Positions 1-12,002 of a stretch of 64,000 bases of DNA are shown one piece after another. Source of the stretch: Podarcis vaucheri. Lineage: Eukaryota. The position numbers were made by a program, and so were the translations under genes. Positions within the stretch are counted from its first letter, which is position 1. Every line of letters starts with the position of its first letter. The notes beneath the pieces are model-generated. The model was not told the origin of the DNA and did no database searches. It was given only the letters and a program-made list of their open reading frames with translations. The stretch lies in NCBI GenBank assembly GCA_965113315.1, contig OZ220371.1; one strand, given 5' to 3'.

Positions 1-1682
1 TGACCCGGCGGGCAACATTTGCGCCCCCCGACCTGTGAAGGAGCCTTTTTAAAGGCTTCGGAATGGGGGACGGGGTGAGTGGCGCGGTGCTGAGAGTCGA
101 CTGCTTCTCCTGCAGAGTGAAGCCGCATGCCATGGTCGGAGAGCGCTGACTTCTTCTTGTGAACAATTGGATTTTAAAGCAGCAACCCGTGAGTAGTACG
201 GAAATTGGATTTGTAAAGGAATTTTTTTTTTTAAATTAGGCACGATCGGGGAAGGCGCAAACAGGAAGTCCGTCTCCCCGTCTTTTATGTAATCTAAAGC
301 AAGGACCAGCTAACTAAGGTTGAGAGGGTTTTTTCTTTTTTATTGGGTAAAGACATTAATTTCACGATTTGGCAGTTTAAGTAATCTTACTGGAGGATAA
401 GAGCTAATTTTGGGAGCTGAAGTGCCACCCCCCTGGACCCGGGAGTGATCTGCGAGAGAGCCTGTTGAAGAGATATTGAAGAGTTTGACAGCTGTCAAAT
501 TAGCTGTCAAGACGGGAAAAGAGAACTTGGTTTTCTATTGTCTCTGCTGGTTATATTCGTTACAATTTGGCTATGTTTTGTCAAAAACAAGGAAAAACTG
601 ATACAAATTTACTTGATTTTTGGATTTGAATTGGAAGGAATACTAAGTAACCAAAATCCCTCTAGAGGGGGTTTTGGGACATTACAAGAATGACTGAAGG
701 AGGGAAAATTCAAGCTAAATTGGACAGAGTTTTTTTTTCTCTTGGGAAAGTTACAAGGCCAAATTGATGTTTTGGCTACCAACGTTGCAACTCTGGACTT
801 AACAGTAAACAAATTCATTGAATTTGATAAGGACTTGATCCAGGAAGTTCATGCAGCTGGACAAGAGGAGAAATTTGAGAACTTTGAGAGTGTGGAGAAA
901 GAGATACATGTTGTTTCTGAGGAAAAGGAAGGAGGAGATGCAATGTTGCAGATGACAAAGGAGAGCCAGAGGCCTGACATGATGGTTATAAAGGAAAAGA
1001 ACTTGATGATGAAAATCTGGTCTGAGCTGGAGATTGAAGAATGGAGAGATCTCCTTATGTGGAGATCTGAAGACCCAAGGATTACAAATTTGATTAAGGT
1101 GAAAGTTGGAGCTTTGGGGACATTTGGACTTGAAAGGAGTAAGAAACAAGATTTGGGCTCCACTTTTAAGTATGGAGGTCTGGCTGGAAGAAACATTGTC
1201 CTTATCGGGCCAGAGCGTCTCCGAGATTTGGTGTTTAATACCAAGGACTATCAAAAAAAACTGGCAGAGAGGAACTGAGAGAGAATTAAGAGCCTCGGAC
1301 GTGAGATCTCCAGGCTGATAGCAGATTAAGACTGATGGACATTTGTTGGGGATTGAAACCGGGAAAGGGGATGGGGTGGGGTTTGGGGATCCAAAGGGTG
1401 TATAATTATAATCCGTTTTTTTCTTTTTTTTTCTGTTTTGTTATTAGTATGAAAAGTGGGGAATTCGTGGAAGGGAATTTGGGTCGACTTTAGAAAAAGG
1501 ATTTAAGATTTAAGAATGAGCACTGATGTATAAATTTTGATGTTGTAAAATTGGTTTTTTAAATTGAACTAAATATAAAAAGGTTAAAAATTGGGGATAA
1601 GAACTTGTTGAATTAACAATTTGAATTGGAATATAAGAAGGGGAGGTGTGGGGAAGTCAGGGAAATATGTTATAGAAAAAAA
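1..1682 (+). mobile_element. L1-derived non-autonomous (HAL1-like) element, 5' end cut by the window: CpG-rich 5'UTR, degenerate ORF1-like ORF 742-1278, L1-type 3'UTR
   Basis: Bases 1-270 align by eye with 18500-18775 (GGGGTGAG.GGCGCGGTGCT, GAAGCCGCAT, ACCCGTGA, AACAGGAAGTC). The 3' segment 1590-1680 (GGGAGGTGTG.GGAAG) matches L1 3'UTRs at 20460-20560 and 58470-58545 (-). ORF 742-1278 begins with a heptad-like helix. Confidence 0.7.
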
Positions 1683-2209
1683 GCAGAATACATGTGTGAG
1701 GTGAGGAAAAGCTGGTAAGGTGGAAGAGAAGAGGTAATTCTGGAGGTTTCTGTTGAAATGAGTGGTGTGTGTTGCTCAATGTTTCCGTTGTTCTCCTGTA
1801 CTCTTTGCACAACATCCCATTTTCTTCGAAAGAGATGTTTTTTAGCAATATCATCACATTGGCACCACCATAGTAGTGAAGTAAGACTTGCATCCTAAGT
1901 GTGTGTGTTCCTAAGTTTTCCATTTACTTTGGAGGAGATGTTGTTAACCAATGTTATCACCAGCATCATTATAGCAGTACTAGGGTTAGGACTTGCAGCC
2001 TGTGTGTGTTGCTGGATGCTTTTGTTATCTCATTCATTATTATTCTGATCACAACATACTATGGGCAGCCTGTTGAAATTAATAGTTCTAACTCAGTCAT
2101 GGTTATTAAAAGCGGGTCTACTCTGAGCAAAATTCATTTGAATACCAAAGTGTGTGCAGACTTTTTTGGGGGAGGGGGGCATCTCATAGCTTACCATCAT
2201 AGCACATAG

Positions 2210-2630
2210 TGTCACGGTCCGGTTCATGGGCGATCAAAGTCCCAGCTGGGGATGTCGGGACCGGGGAAAAGATGGCGGGGTGGGAGCAGGAGCACGAACA
2301 GGAGTCCAGAAGCCAGGAGTCAGGAAGCAAGGACTCACGAAGTCAGGGGTCCAAGGATCAAGAAGCAAGGAGTTATGAAGTCAGGGGTCCGAGGATCAAG
2401 GAGTCAAGGAGCCAAATGCAGCAAGGCAGGGAACGGTTTGCTGTGGCAAAGAGCTGAAGGGAAATGTTGACCTTATATCCCTTCCTGACTCTTGCCACCA
2501 GGTGCTGTGAGTTACCAATCGGCCTCACCTGTGCGGCCGTGCCTTGCCCCTTCAGAACAAACTTAGGAAGACTCCAGTCCTGCAAAGTCCTACTGGTCAC
2601 AGGGCCTGGCTCCCACACACACTCCTGACA
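2210..2630 (-). mobile_element. Solo LTR, Ty3/Gypsy-like, 421 bp
   Basis: TGTCA...TGACA termini and a perfect 5-bp TSD CATAG (2205-2209 / 2631-2635). Minus-strand TATA-like GGGATATAAGG near 2471-2481. Internal GAAGTCAGGGGTCC.AGGATCAAG tandem repeats. Confidence 0.85.
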
Positions 2631-2923
2631 CATAGTTTAGTAAGGTACTAAGTATTTGTAACAATGCAGTTCTTTAATTTTCACAGTATCTTTGCAAGAT
2701 AGGGAGAAAACTAGTACACCTTAGCCATGCTCAGTGGCCCCATTGGCAATGCCCTCATGACCTCTACCAGGTCTAGCGGGCACTGCTGATCTCTTCTAAT
2801 AATATCATTGCAACCTCAAGAAACATGGCCATGGAAGACCCTTTAGCAGTTGAAGACAACTTCTCAACATGAAAGGAAAAACTAGACGGTTGTATAATTT
2901 GAGAGCCCTCCTCAAAGATATCT

Positions 2924-3000
2924 CATAGAATCATAGAGTTGGAAGGGACCCTGAGGATCATCTCTTCCAATCCCTTGCAAGGCAGGGATATGCAGCCTTG
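2924..3000 (-). mobile_element. CR1-type 3' end fragment (CR1 or CR1-tailed SINE)
   Basis: CATAGAATCATAGAGTTGGAAGGGACC is the reverse complement of the CR1 (ATTCTATG)n terminus; similar to 9781-9860. Confidence 0.7.
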
Positions 3001-3383
3001 AAATCTCAATTAGATGACAAGTGCCATATATGCAGACTAATTACCCCTGCTTTCCCCCATCATGAGGTCACTTGCTAGGATAGCCACATTTTCCCCAAGC
3101 ATGAGATGAATACACTCAGAAAAATGACAGTTAAATGTTGGAATTGATTATGTTGCACTTCATGTGGATCCCAGTTCATGAATACAAACTGCCCGTGTTC
3201 ATCCAGCCTCAAATGGGAAGTGATCCTGATACTGCTTTTAAAAAAAGCCCACCGCAAACTGGTAAACCAGACAAAAGTGGGAAGTTCTTTATGAGTGTGT
3301 AGGAAAACATTCAGACATTATTATGCATACAAAAGATACTTCCTTATACACTTCTTTCATTCTTCTGCCTTGAGGGGCAAGGC

Positions 3384-3397
3384 AAGGAAACGAAAGA
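3384..3397 (+). promoter_or_regulatory. ISRE/IRF-binding motif upstream of TLR3 (distal)
   Basis: AAGGAAACGAAAGA contains a GAAA-N-GAAA tandem IRF core. TLR3 is an established IFN-inducible gene. Confidence 0.45.
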
Positions 3398-4154
3398 ACT
3401 TATTCTACTTTTTTATTATTATTTTTATTATTAATAATAGCTTAAAATAACTACAGGCTTTACCTTCTATTTTATATTGAACATATTTTGGAACAAATTA
3501 TTATTAGTAGTAATAATAGTAGTAGTATACCACCCTATGCCCACAGTTCTCAGGGTGATTCACAAGATAAAATCACAATATAAAAACAGAAAAAAGTACA
3601 TAATACATACATTATATACTCACCCCTGTTACAATTTTGGTCCCAATCAAACTAGCTGTAGTCTGTTGTCTCTTAAGGAATAATCATGGCCTAATCATCT
3701 CTATCCATTACAGGTATGTGTGGTAGATTAATCAATTACAGCTTTAGTATCAGAGTAAAATCTCTCTTCCCCCTCCAATTAGCCGGTGAAATTGAGTCAG
3801 GCTGGCCAAGAGAATGGAGAGCTGTGATCTCCTGTATTTTCTCGTTTTTTGTAATAAACAAACAAAAAAACAAGCAACAAACAACCCCCACCTTGGGTGA
3901 AGTGATTCAGTTTAGGGCTACAGAACAGTGTGGGGTGAAGGCCACAGTTATGTGGCACACATTCTAATGGGGAATTCATGGTACAAATACAATTGCATAC
4001 TGTGCCTCCTAGGTTTTCCTAAGCTGTTGTGGAATCAAGGTATCCTGTCAACAACTTGCTTTTCTTATTCCTATCAAGCCATCGTGTGGATTAATATGGA
4101 TTCTGAGTCCATCCGACATACCTCACCTTGCTGCAACGGCCCTGCAAAGTCACA

Positions 4155-4402
4155 GAAGAAGAAGAAGAGTTTGGATTTGATATCCCGCTTTATCACTACC
4201 CAGAGTCTCAAAGCGGCTAACATTCTCCTTTCCCTTCCTCCCCCACAACAAACACTCTGTGAGGTGAGTGGGGCTGAGAGACTTCAGAGAAGTGTGACTG
4301 GCCCAAGGTCACCCAGCAGCTGCATGTGGAGGAGTGGAGACGCGAACCTGGTTCACCAGATTACAAGTCTACAGCTCTTAACCACTACACCACACTGGCT
4401 CT
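4155..4402 (-). mobile_element. tRNA-CORE SINE with L2-type tail (Squam3/MIR-like)
   Basis: Reverse-strand head AGAGCCAGTGTGGTGTAGTGGTTAAGAGC (A box), CORE-like CTGGGTGACCTTGGGCCAGTCAC, (TCT)n tail. Confidence 0.85.
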
Positions 4403-4711
4403 AGTCTCCTTTAAACATGATCCTGGGAAATACTGAAGAATGGAACCGTGTGGTGCTGCACATGCTGATTCCTTATTTAAACTGGACACTCCTACATATA
4501 GAATGTTAAGCCTGACATTGCATATTCTCAACTGCACTATGGATTCCTTGGTGGGCTTCTGCAGCACACACAGGTGAGGCCACCAGATTAAATGATAGCC
4601 CTGTTCATGTGGTACTTGCCAACTTCTAGGGGCCACCCCAATATAATATTTGAGGGACCCGGGGTCCCCTAAAATTGATAGGTATACTACAAAGGTTGTA
4701 ATGCCTATGTT

Positions 4712-4823
4712 ATAGAACCATAGACTTGTAGAGTTGGAAAGGACTCCAAGGGCCATCTAGTCCAACCCCCTGCAATGCAAGGATCTCGGCTAAAGCATCC
4801 ATGACAGATGGCCATCCAACCTG
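4712..4823 (-). mobile_element. CR1 LINE 3' end fragment
   Basis: Near-identical to 50374-50475 (TAGAGTTGGAAAGGAC...GCTAAAGCATCCATGACAGATGGCCATCCAACCT). Confidence 0.8.
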
Positions 4824-5107
4824 GCCTTTGACAACAGAGATACGTATCTTATTCCTGTGGTTGTAATTTGTTTCAAACTGTTTTTAATAATGAATTTTAA
4901 ATTGCCAGAGCCCAGCGTGGAATCTTGTGGTGAAGGGCAGGTAAGAAACCTAAATAACAATAATAATCCTCAGCATGCTTTTATAAACATGCTCCCTTTG
5001 TGTGTGCAAATGTGCTTTACCAAGAAAAGCAAATCTTCAAGGGTGAAATTTTTGTTGTGGGTCACTTAACATGTGCTATCTGAAAGTTCTAAGTGCAGAG
5101 GAGAACA

Positions 5108-5173
5108 AGGAAGTGAGCCAAACAGATGGGCTGTGCTTGAAGTTTGCAGAGCAGGAGGTGGAAAAACGAAAGT
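5108..5173 (+). promoter_or_regulatory. Putative TLR3 proximal promoter: ETS site AGGAAGTG (5108-5115) and IRF-E AAAACGAAAGT (5163-5173)
   Basis: Consensus matches located just upstream of a perfect GTAAGT donor at 5400. The mammalian TLR3 promoter has a functional IRF-E/ISRE. Confidence 0.55.
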
Positions 5174-5242
5174 AGGAGGCTTGCTCCTTTCTTCCTGCTT
5201 TTCTTGCCACTCCAGTGCCCTGCCTTCTTTCCTTTGTTCCAG

Positions 5243-5399
5243 ATGAGTCAGATTGTGCAGGCCTCTTTGAGTTCCTGGGATATTTAAGAGAAAGTTTTGG
5301 AGACAGTTAGCAAAGAGCTGCAGTGCCAGGAATGTGTTGATCAGCCTCTGAAGTTGCTTGAACAGAGTGGAGAACAATCAGGCTGCAAAGAAATATAAA
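5243..5399 (+). other. TLR3: Putative non-coding 5'UTR exon of TLR3 (start uncertain)
   Basis: Donor AAA|GTAAGT at 5400. The first coding exon starts at a splice acceptor 4 nt before the ATG, so an upstream non-coding exon is required. A pyrimidine tract plus CAG ends at 5242. Confidence 0.55.
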
Positions 5400-7231
5400 G
5401 TAAGTATAATTATCATGGTACTTATTTTTTGTGGGCCAGCTTTCAGAACAGAATTCCTTCATTCGTTCCAGCCTCCTGCAGGCCCTTCATTCATGGCTGA
5501 ACTCAGTTTCAGCCTTGCAATTTTTAAAAAAGCATTGCATTCTAGTTGGAGCGCAAAAACAAACGAAACAAAAAAACCGGCATTCAAAGAGGGATGTTTA
5601 GAACGTTGTAGCAATTTTGGCAGACCTCAAAGCAAACTAAGCTGGAATAAAAATAGAAGAGGAAGCAATACACTTTTTCTCTGCAGTAACTCCACAGAAA
5701 AGAAACAAGTATTTGTTTTGAGAGTTTAGGAAGGTATGTTCTGTATAGTCTGGTGTTGCTCAAACTTTCTCCAGTTTGGGCAGCGGTGTGGATATACAGT
5801 TTGAGCCCACCCTTGCCAGAAATCAAGGTCTTTTGATTAAAAACAAGAAAAAGAGCTGTCTTTTGATTAAAATCAAGAAGAAGAGCCAGCCCCTTCCCAG
5901 GTCCCAAGAAGTAGATCGTTAAAGAAGAAAAGAGTTTCCCCAAAGGTTAACATGAAAATCCTAGCCATACTGTAATCTGCAATATTTATATTAACCTGTT
6001 TCAAGGGTCTTGTTCCCATGATCTGTGGTAGTGAAATCTAGTGTAGTGCATAAGTCCCCTTAAAATCAGTGTTTGCTTCTGGGATGTTTACTGCTGAATA
6101 AAAACATGCAAAGGCTTCAGCTGAGGAGGTTCCAGATTTCAGGGTTCATAGCTGCAGCTTTGGTATAACCTGGAGAAGCTCAGTCCATATTTAAGCAATT
6201 GTTCAGGCTCTCTCCACTTGTTAGATCCTTCAGTATTTTGCAGGTGACAAGTAGTATACAGCAAAGACTCCATGGCCATCCTTCCTTCTGTTTTCAGTGT
6301 AACAAACTGCTGAAAGCACATTTCTGCCTGCTGGTGGAGTGTTGCCAGCTTACTAACCAATCCTTTGCTACTGTGCTTCAGTTGTGGCTTCCTGCAGCTC
6401 ACAATTGTGGTTAAACGGTCCCAAGTGCTGGAGGTTTGAAAAACTGGCAGCCCCGCTTGTTAAGAGGAATTGTTCAGGGGGAATTGCACACTATATTGAG
6501 GAAGACATTGGAAATTTAGGTTTGCACAACTAAAGTGCTATGTTTGGCCCATTGCCGCAAACCCACTTTTTAATTTAATGGACTTGTTGTTGTTGTTAGG
6601 GAAGGGATGGTGGAATTGCACTGAAAAGTGTGGGTTGAGTGAATGATTAGCAGGGAGACATGTTACCACCCCTCAAGCAAATCTGTATGAATGTGCATTG
6701 TTATATAACTGCTCCGAAAAGCAAATCAAGGTGAGGGTTTAGTACAGACTGGTCATAGTCTCGCCAATCAGGATGAATGCTGAATAAGCAAGGTGCTCTG
6801 GAGCAGCCTTTAGTTTGCAAAAGCCACTGGCTTCTGAAGCAGGGTTGCTAGTCCCAACAGGTTCCTTTTTATGGTCAGCTTACTAATATAGTGGAAGGGT
6901 AGTCCTGGGTTGTGGTTGTTTTTAAAGGCAAATTAGGGACTGTGATTTACCAAAGACAAGCACCAGAAAGCAGGAAGTGTGCCTTGCAGACAGATAAGGT
7001 ACCAATGAAAAGTATTGGTAGGTCCCATCCTACCCTTCCAGTTTACATAGGATTTGTTTCATTAGCCCCCTACTTCATTTCTCAGATTTTTATACTAGGG
7101 TTTCCAAAATTGTGATCCACTTCACTCAGGTGGTTTGCATTATATCTGTGGATTTGTGGCTGAAGACAGAAGATAGCACACCCGCCATGTTAAACATCCA
7201 TGTTGATTTTTAATTGTATTTTATTGCATTT

Positions 7232-7244
7232 ATTATTATTTTTA

Positions 7245-7293
<49 letters not shown>
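7232..7293. repeat. (ATT)n microsatellite
   Basis: Direct inspection. Confidence 0.95.
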
Positions 7294-7295
<2 letters not shown>

Positions 7296-7624
7296 CTGCC
7301 ATGACAGCTACTCTACCCTTTTGTGGTCCTATATTCTCCACTTCCTAACCCCTCTCCCCCAGACTGGTCCATGATGTGAATGACAAAAGATTAGTGCAAA
7401 ACCAGGACTTGTTGCTTCCTCCATTGTGTACAGAAGTGGCCCTGGGGACATGGTCCTGGCTTTCCAGGACGAAATGATGAGTGAACATGCTTGGTAGCTT
7501 GCAAGCCTGTTTTCCAGTAAGGTGCTGACGGTCTTTTAGAATGACATAAATTCTGATTCAGATAAGCAGAACTCCATGATTATACCCAGTGCAAAGGAAG
7601 CCAGTTTTGCTCCAAGTTATTAAA

Positions 7625-7750
7625 ATACATTCTTTCCCCTCAAATAATTCTGGGCACTGTGGTTTACCTCTCACAGAGCTGGAATTCCCAGCAACCCTTA
7701 ACAAACTACCATGCCCAGAATGCTTTGAGCAGGGAAATTGCTTTGAATGT
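7625..7750. repeat. Old palindromic MITE-like repeat, related copy at about 52795-52905
   Basis: Shared TTCCCCTCAAATAATTCTGGGC.CT.TGGTTT and an imperfect inverted arm (CCCAGAAT..TTTGAG..GGGAA). Confidence 0.5.
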
Positions 7751-8798
7751 GCTTCAAAGGTATAAAGGGTACGCAGAGAACAGCATGATAAGTCTCTTTT
7801 TTTTAAGCATTTGGGGTATAAGAATATTGCATCAAGGTTAACACTAGGGTCTTTTTTAATAAACAGAACTTTGAAACTTGTGGCCATGAAACAAGGAGAG
7901 GAACTTAAAAGCAGATGTCAAACTGTTAAAAGCACTTTTGTATAGAATTCCCCCCTCCTTCTTTCAGTATCAGGCACACATATTCAACACACTCTCCCCC
8001 TGTAAGCCACACTGGCTATGCCAGTGCCAGTGCTTAAGCCTGCTAGTCAAAATACCCAGCAAGGCACCAGTGGGATCTGGTGTGTGTGAGAGAAAATCAA
8101 AGTCAGCAATTGTTTTGCTTAAATGTCCTAAGATACTTCCTTTCCTTTTGTTCAGCACTGCAGTTGAACCAAGGCTTTGTACACACAACCGTATCCCTAC
8201 GAAAGGGGCCTGTCAAAAACACTGGCTGCTTTCTGCGTAGCCAATCTTATTTAATTTGTGCTACCTGAGGGGCAAGAAGAGATACCAAAGAAGTAGGGAG
8301 GAAGGCCCTTCCTTTGCTTCTTCACAATTTCTCTCTGTTTTCCATACATGCTTTCCTAAAAGCTAAACCTAAGTCACCACTTATGTTTCTGCTCTTTGGT
8401 GCACATCCAGCCCGTGTTTCCTACTGACCTCCTCTAGAAGGCAAACTGCTCAAGGGAGAGAACACATTTCCTTGGTATGGCCTGACCTTACTCAGCTCTC
8501 CTACCTGTCATCTCACCTGGAGGAAATGCTTGGGAAGAGACAGATTTGACCATACCATGGAGATGGATAAGGGAGAGGAAACATTCCTTCCCTCTCATTT
8601 ATATGTCCAGTATTCAATTTTCTCCATATGTGATCATTTAAGACACAAAGGATGGTAGGGTTAGGGTTGTCAGCTGTAGGTTAGATGATGTATCTCAGAA
8701 ATATAAATTATTGAGCCTTACTTGCATTTCTTCAGCCTGTATTTTATCTTTTGAAAAGCAAACATTAATGTTAAATGTGCGTCTTCTTTTTCAGGAAA

Positions 8799-9239
8799 AT
8801 GAGGAAGCCTTTTATTTATTGGATATGCTTGTCTTTCACCCTCTTGACCATCTGGGTTCACTGTGAATCAGCTGGGAGTGTTTGCAAAATTACAGATAAT
8901 ACAGCAGATTGTAGTCATTTAAAGTTGACTCAGATTCCCTCTGATCTCCCAACCAACATAACAGTTTTGGATCTTTCCCATAATCAGCTAAAAACGCTTC
9001 CACCTGCAAACCTTACAAAGTATGGACAGCTTGTTTACTTAGATGTAGGATTCAACACCATCTCTAAACTGCACCAAGAACTGTGTTTGAACTTGCCTTT
9101 GTTAAAAGTTTTGAAGCTGGGACATAATCAGCTGCATAAATTTCCTGACGATGTTTTTATTCACTGTGGCAATCTGAAAGAACTTAATTTGGGATTCAAT
9201 ATACTGGAAATAAAAAATGAGCCTTTCATCAATCTGAAG
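8799..9239 (+). CDS. TLR3: Toll-like receptor 3, coding exon 1 of 4 (signal peptide, LRRNT, first LRRs; 441 nt)
   Basis: Acceptor TTTCAG|G at 8795, ATG at 8799. MRKPFIYW...CKITDNTADCSHLKLTQIPSDLPTNITVLDLSHNQL is the TLR3 N-terminus. Donor AAG|GTAAGA, phase 0. Confidence 0.97.
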
Positions 9240-9555
9240 GTAAGAAGCAAATTTCACCTGTGATTTTGAACATGAACTTGGATGATGGCCAAGTCAAATT
9301 CAGATCAGCAGGGAAGAGGGGTGGGTAAGACATGGCAGTAAGTAGTTGCCTTACACAAAATCCAGATCATGGATCAATCTGTCTGGCTAATAGTTATTTT
9401 TTACTGGCAGCACTTATCCAATTTATCAAATAGAGGTATTTTCCAGATGGGCCTGAGATCCTTTATTCAAAGATTCCAGGATTCAACCTAAAGATGAGTA
9501 CACAATGAAATAAATGCTCTTATATATGCCTCCTCCTTGTCATTAGAGCCTATAA

Positions 9556-9700
9556 GGGACACGGGTGGTGCTGTGGTCTAAACCCCTGAGTCTCTTGAGC
9601 TTGCTGATGAGAAGGTTGGCGGTTCAAATCCATGTGATGGGGTGAGCTCCCGTTGCTCTGTCCCAGCTTCTGCCAACCTAGCAGTTTGAAAGCATACCAT
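9556..9700 (+). mobile_element. Sauria SINE, 5' part
   Basis: GGGACACGGGTGGTGCTGTGG head, B box GGTTCAAATCC, GGGGTGAGCTCCCG; matches the reverse complement of 44930-45062. Confidence 0.8.
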
Positions 9701-9780
9701 TTATTGTCCGGGTTCAAGGACGAGCCACTGGACCTTAAAACATCCAGATTGAAAGGTTTGGTGAGCTATGGTTTAAATTA

Positions 9781-9930
9781 AATCATAGAATCATATAGTT
9801 GGAAGGGACTCTGAGGATTATCTAGTCTAGCCCCTCGCAATGCAGGAATATGCAGCTATCCCTTACAGGATTGAACCTGCAACTTTGGCATATTATCAGC
9901 ACCACACTCTAACCAACTGAGTTATCCAGC
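9781..9930 (-). mobile_element. tRNA-head / CR1-tail SINE
   Basis: Reverse strand: A box TAACTCAGTTGG, B box GGTTCAATCC, then a CR1-like 3' end (TCCCTTCCAACT.TATGATTCTATGATT). Confidence 0.75.
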
Positions 9931-10212
9931 TGAAATCCTAGAATTAAATTCACTCAAAATACATACAAGCTTCTAGGACCTGTCTACCTGGCACATTTGA
10001 ATTAGTTTCACCTTTCATGACTTCTCCTGAGGAATCTTGAACTTGTCATTTGTGAATACAAATGTAAATTCTTTGCACACACAGAGAAAAAGGGAAAATT
10101 AAGCACAATCCCCATGTATCCTGTGCAGAAAGAAAGTTTAAAAGCTATAGTATTGAAATACATTTAGTGGATAAAGATATCATCCATCCTTTCCCATGAT
10201 AGTATTATTATA

Positions 10213-10538
10213 CAGTGGTGCCTCGCAAGACGAAAAGAATCCGTTCTGTGGTTCTCTTCGTCTAGCGGTTTTTTCGTCTTGCGAAGCAAGCCCATTGACG
10301 TATTAGCGCTATTAGCGGCTTTTAGCGGCTTATCTGCTGATCGGATCAGCTGATAAGCAGCTTAGCGGCTTAGAAAAAGGGGGGGGAGGAAAAAAACCAG
10401 CAGGAACTTGCAAGACATTGTCGTCTTGCGAAGCAAGCCCATAGGAAATTCGTTTTGCGAAGCACCTCCAAAACGGAAAACTCTTTCGTCTAGCGAGTTT
10501 TCCGTCTTGCGAGGCATTCGTCTTGCGGGGCACCACTG
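10213..10538. mobile_element. Tc1/mariner (Tigger/pogo-like) MITE
   Basis: TIRs CAGTGGTGCCTCGCAAGACGAA / TTCGTCTTGCGGGGCACCACTG, TA TSD. Confidence 0.9.
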
Positions 10539-10734
10539 TATTTTATTTCATGACACCTAAGGATTACAAGCTTAAAAGGGTGATAGCGTTAACTGATAAA
10601 ACTTGATGCAATCTGAAACAGCGTTTCAAACATGCTGTAGTCATCCAGACAGTGTAAAACTGAGTTTAAAAGCTATGCAGTCAGTTGTGAGATGAGGGAA
10701 AAGACATAACTTTCTTCTCCTTTGTCTTCCTCAG

Positions 10735-10926
10735 AAATTGAGTTTGCTCGATGTCTCTCACAATCATTTAAGTACTCCCAGACTAGGCTCCCAGCAACAG
10801 CTGGAGAGTCTTCAGGAACTTGTGATGTCTCAGAATAAAATTACTGAATTGAGGAAAGAAGACCTAGACTTTCTTAGCAACTCTTCGTTAAAAAAACTGG
10901 ACTTGTCATCAAACCCCCCAATGCAG
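10735..10926 (+). CDS. TLR3: TLR3 coding exon 2 of 4 (LRRs; 192 nt)
   Basis: Acceptor CCTCAG|AAA; KLSLLDVSHNHLSTPRLGSQQQLESLQEL...LKKLDLSSNPPMQ; donor CAG|GTAAAT; phase 0/0. Confidence 0.97.
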
Positions 10927-11194
10927 GTAAATGTCATACAACTGGGCTTGTTTTATTGATGTTAGTTGTACAGATGTTAGTTGTATTCAGTTAGGATAAC
11001 CTTAGCAGGCTATAATACTGGTTTGTGTTATTTAAAAATGAATTTGATAAATGAGTAGTTGTTTAAATACCTTATAGGTAAAAATACTAATATATTCACT
11101 GTTTTCTTTATATGATTGGCAGCTTAAAGAATTTTGATTAGCATGTCCTGTTGCATAAGAGGGAACACAGCTTACATAGAGTTGAAACTAAATA

Positions 11195-11428
11195 CAGTGG
11201 TACCTCGGGTTAAGTACTTAATTCGTTCTGGAGGTCTGTTCTTAACCTGAAACTGTTCTTAACCTGAAGCACCACTTTAGCTAATAGGGCCTCCTGTAGC
11301 CGCTGGAACACGATTTCTGTTCTCATCCTGAAGCAAAGTTCTTAACCCGAGGTACTATTTCTGGGTTAGCGGAGTCTGTAACCTGAAGCATATGTAACCT
11401 GAAGTGTATGTAACCCGAGGTACCACTG
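11195..11428. mobile_element. Tigger/pogo-like MITE, family A
   Basis: TIRs CAGTGGTACCTCGGGTTA / TAACCCGAGGTACCACTG, TA TSD. Same family as 22627, 47093 and 60546. Confidence 0.92.
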
Positions 11429-12002
11429 TATGAACAAGTTGAAGATAAGCAATGAATTAGAATTACTATGAATTTTTGGACAATGTCTGGAAAGAGCCCT
11501 GCCTCCCAGTTTTCTCTTTCATTTTCCTTGTGGCAATGGCGGCTGGACTGTTTTCATCCAGCCCTCAGTGATCCAGCTGTTGCTACTGCAAGAACAAGAG
11601 AGAAGACTGGAAGGCAGTAAGCTCAGAGGCCCAACCACAGGCCACAATGGCTAGAGCATCTTTCCAGAAGAACATCTGTGGTTGTGGTCTTCTGCATGTG
11701 CCTGCCAACCTGCTTGTCTCTCTTCATCTGAGGGCTGGGTTCCTGCAGGCTGGATGTGATATGGGAAGAAAGAAAGGGGCCCCCAGGGTGGCATGGTGCC
11801 TGTAGACTCTGCACCCTTACAGAAAGGCCCAATGGGAACAATGCTACATTATGACAAATACTGTTTCCCCCCCACAAAATTGTGCCATTAATCAGTCACA
11901 ATTTCACACACATCCCGAAACAGAATTGGCTGAATATTTCAGTCCAGGGCTAATTTCATGCAGCCACTGTTTTTGTAACCCCATTGTTTTGTATCTTTCT
12001 AG

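Noticed and set aside
2300-2410. Short spaced direct repeats resembling a CRISPR-like array
   Set aside because: Only 2-3 degenerate units inside a solo LTR in eukaryotic DNA; no unique spacers or cas genes.
9865-9930. tRNA-like sequence on the minus strand (also 4340-4402 and 44980-45062)
   Set aside because: SINE heads fused to LINE-derived tails; no complete cloverleaf or Pol III terminator.
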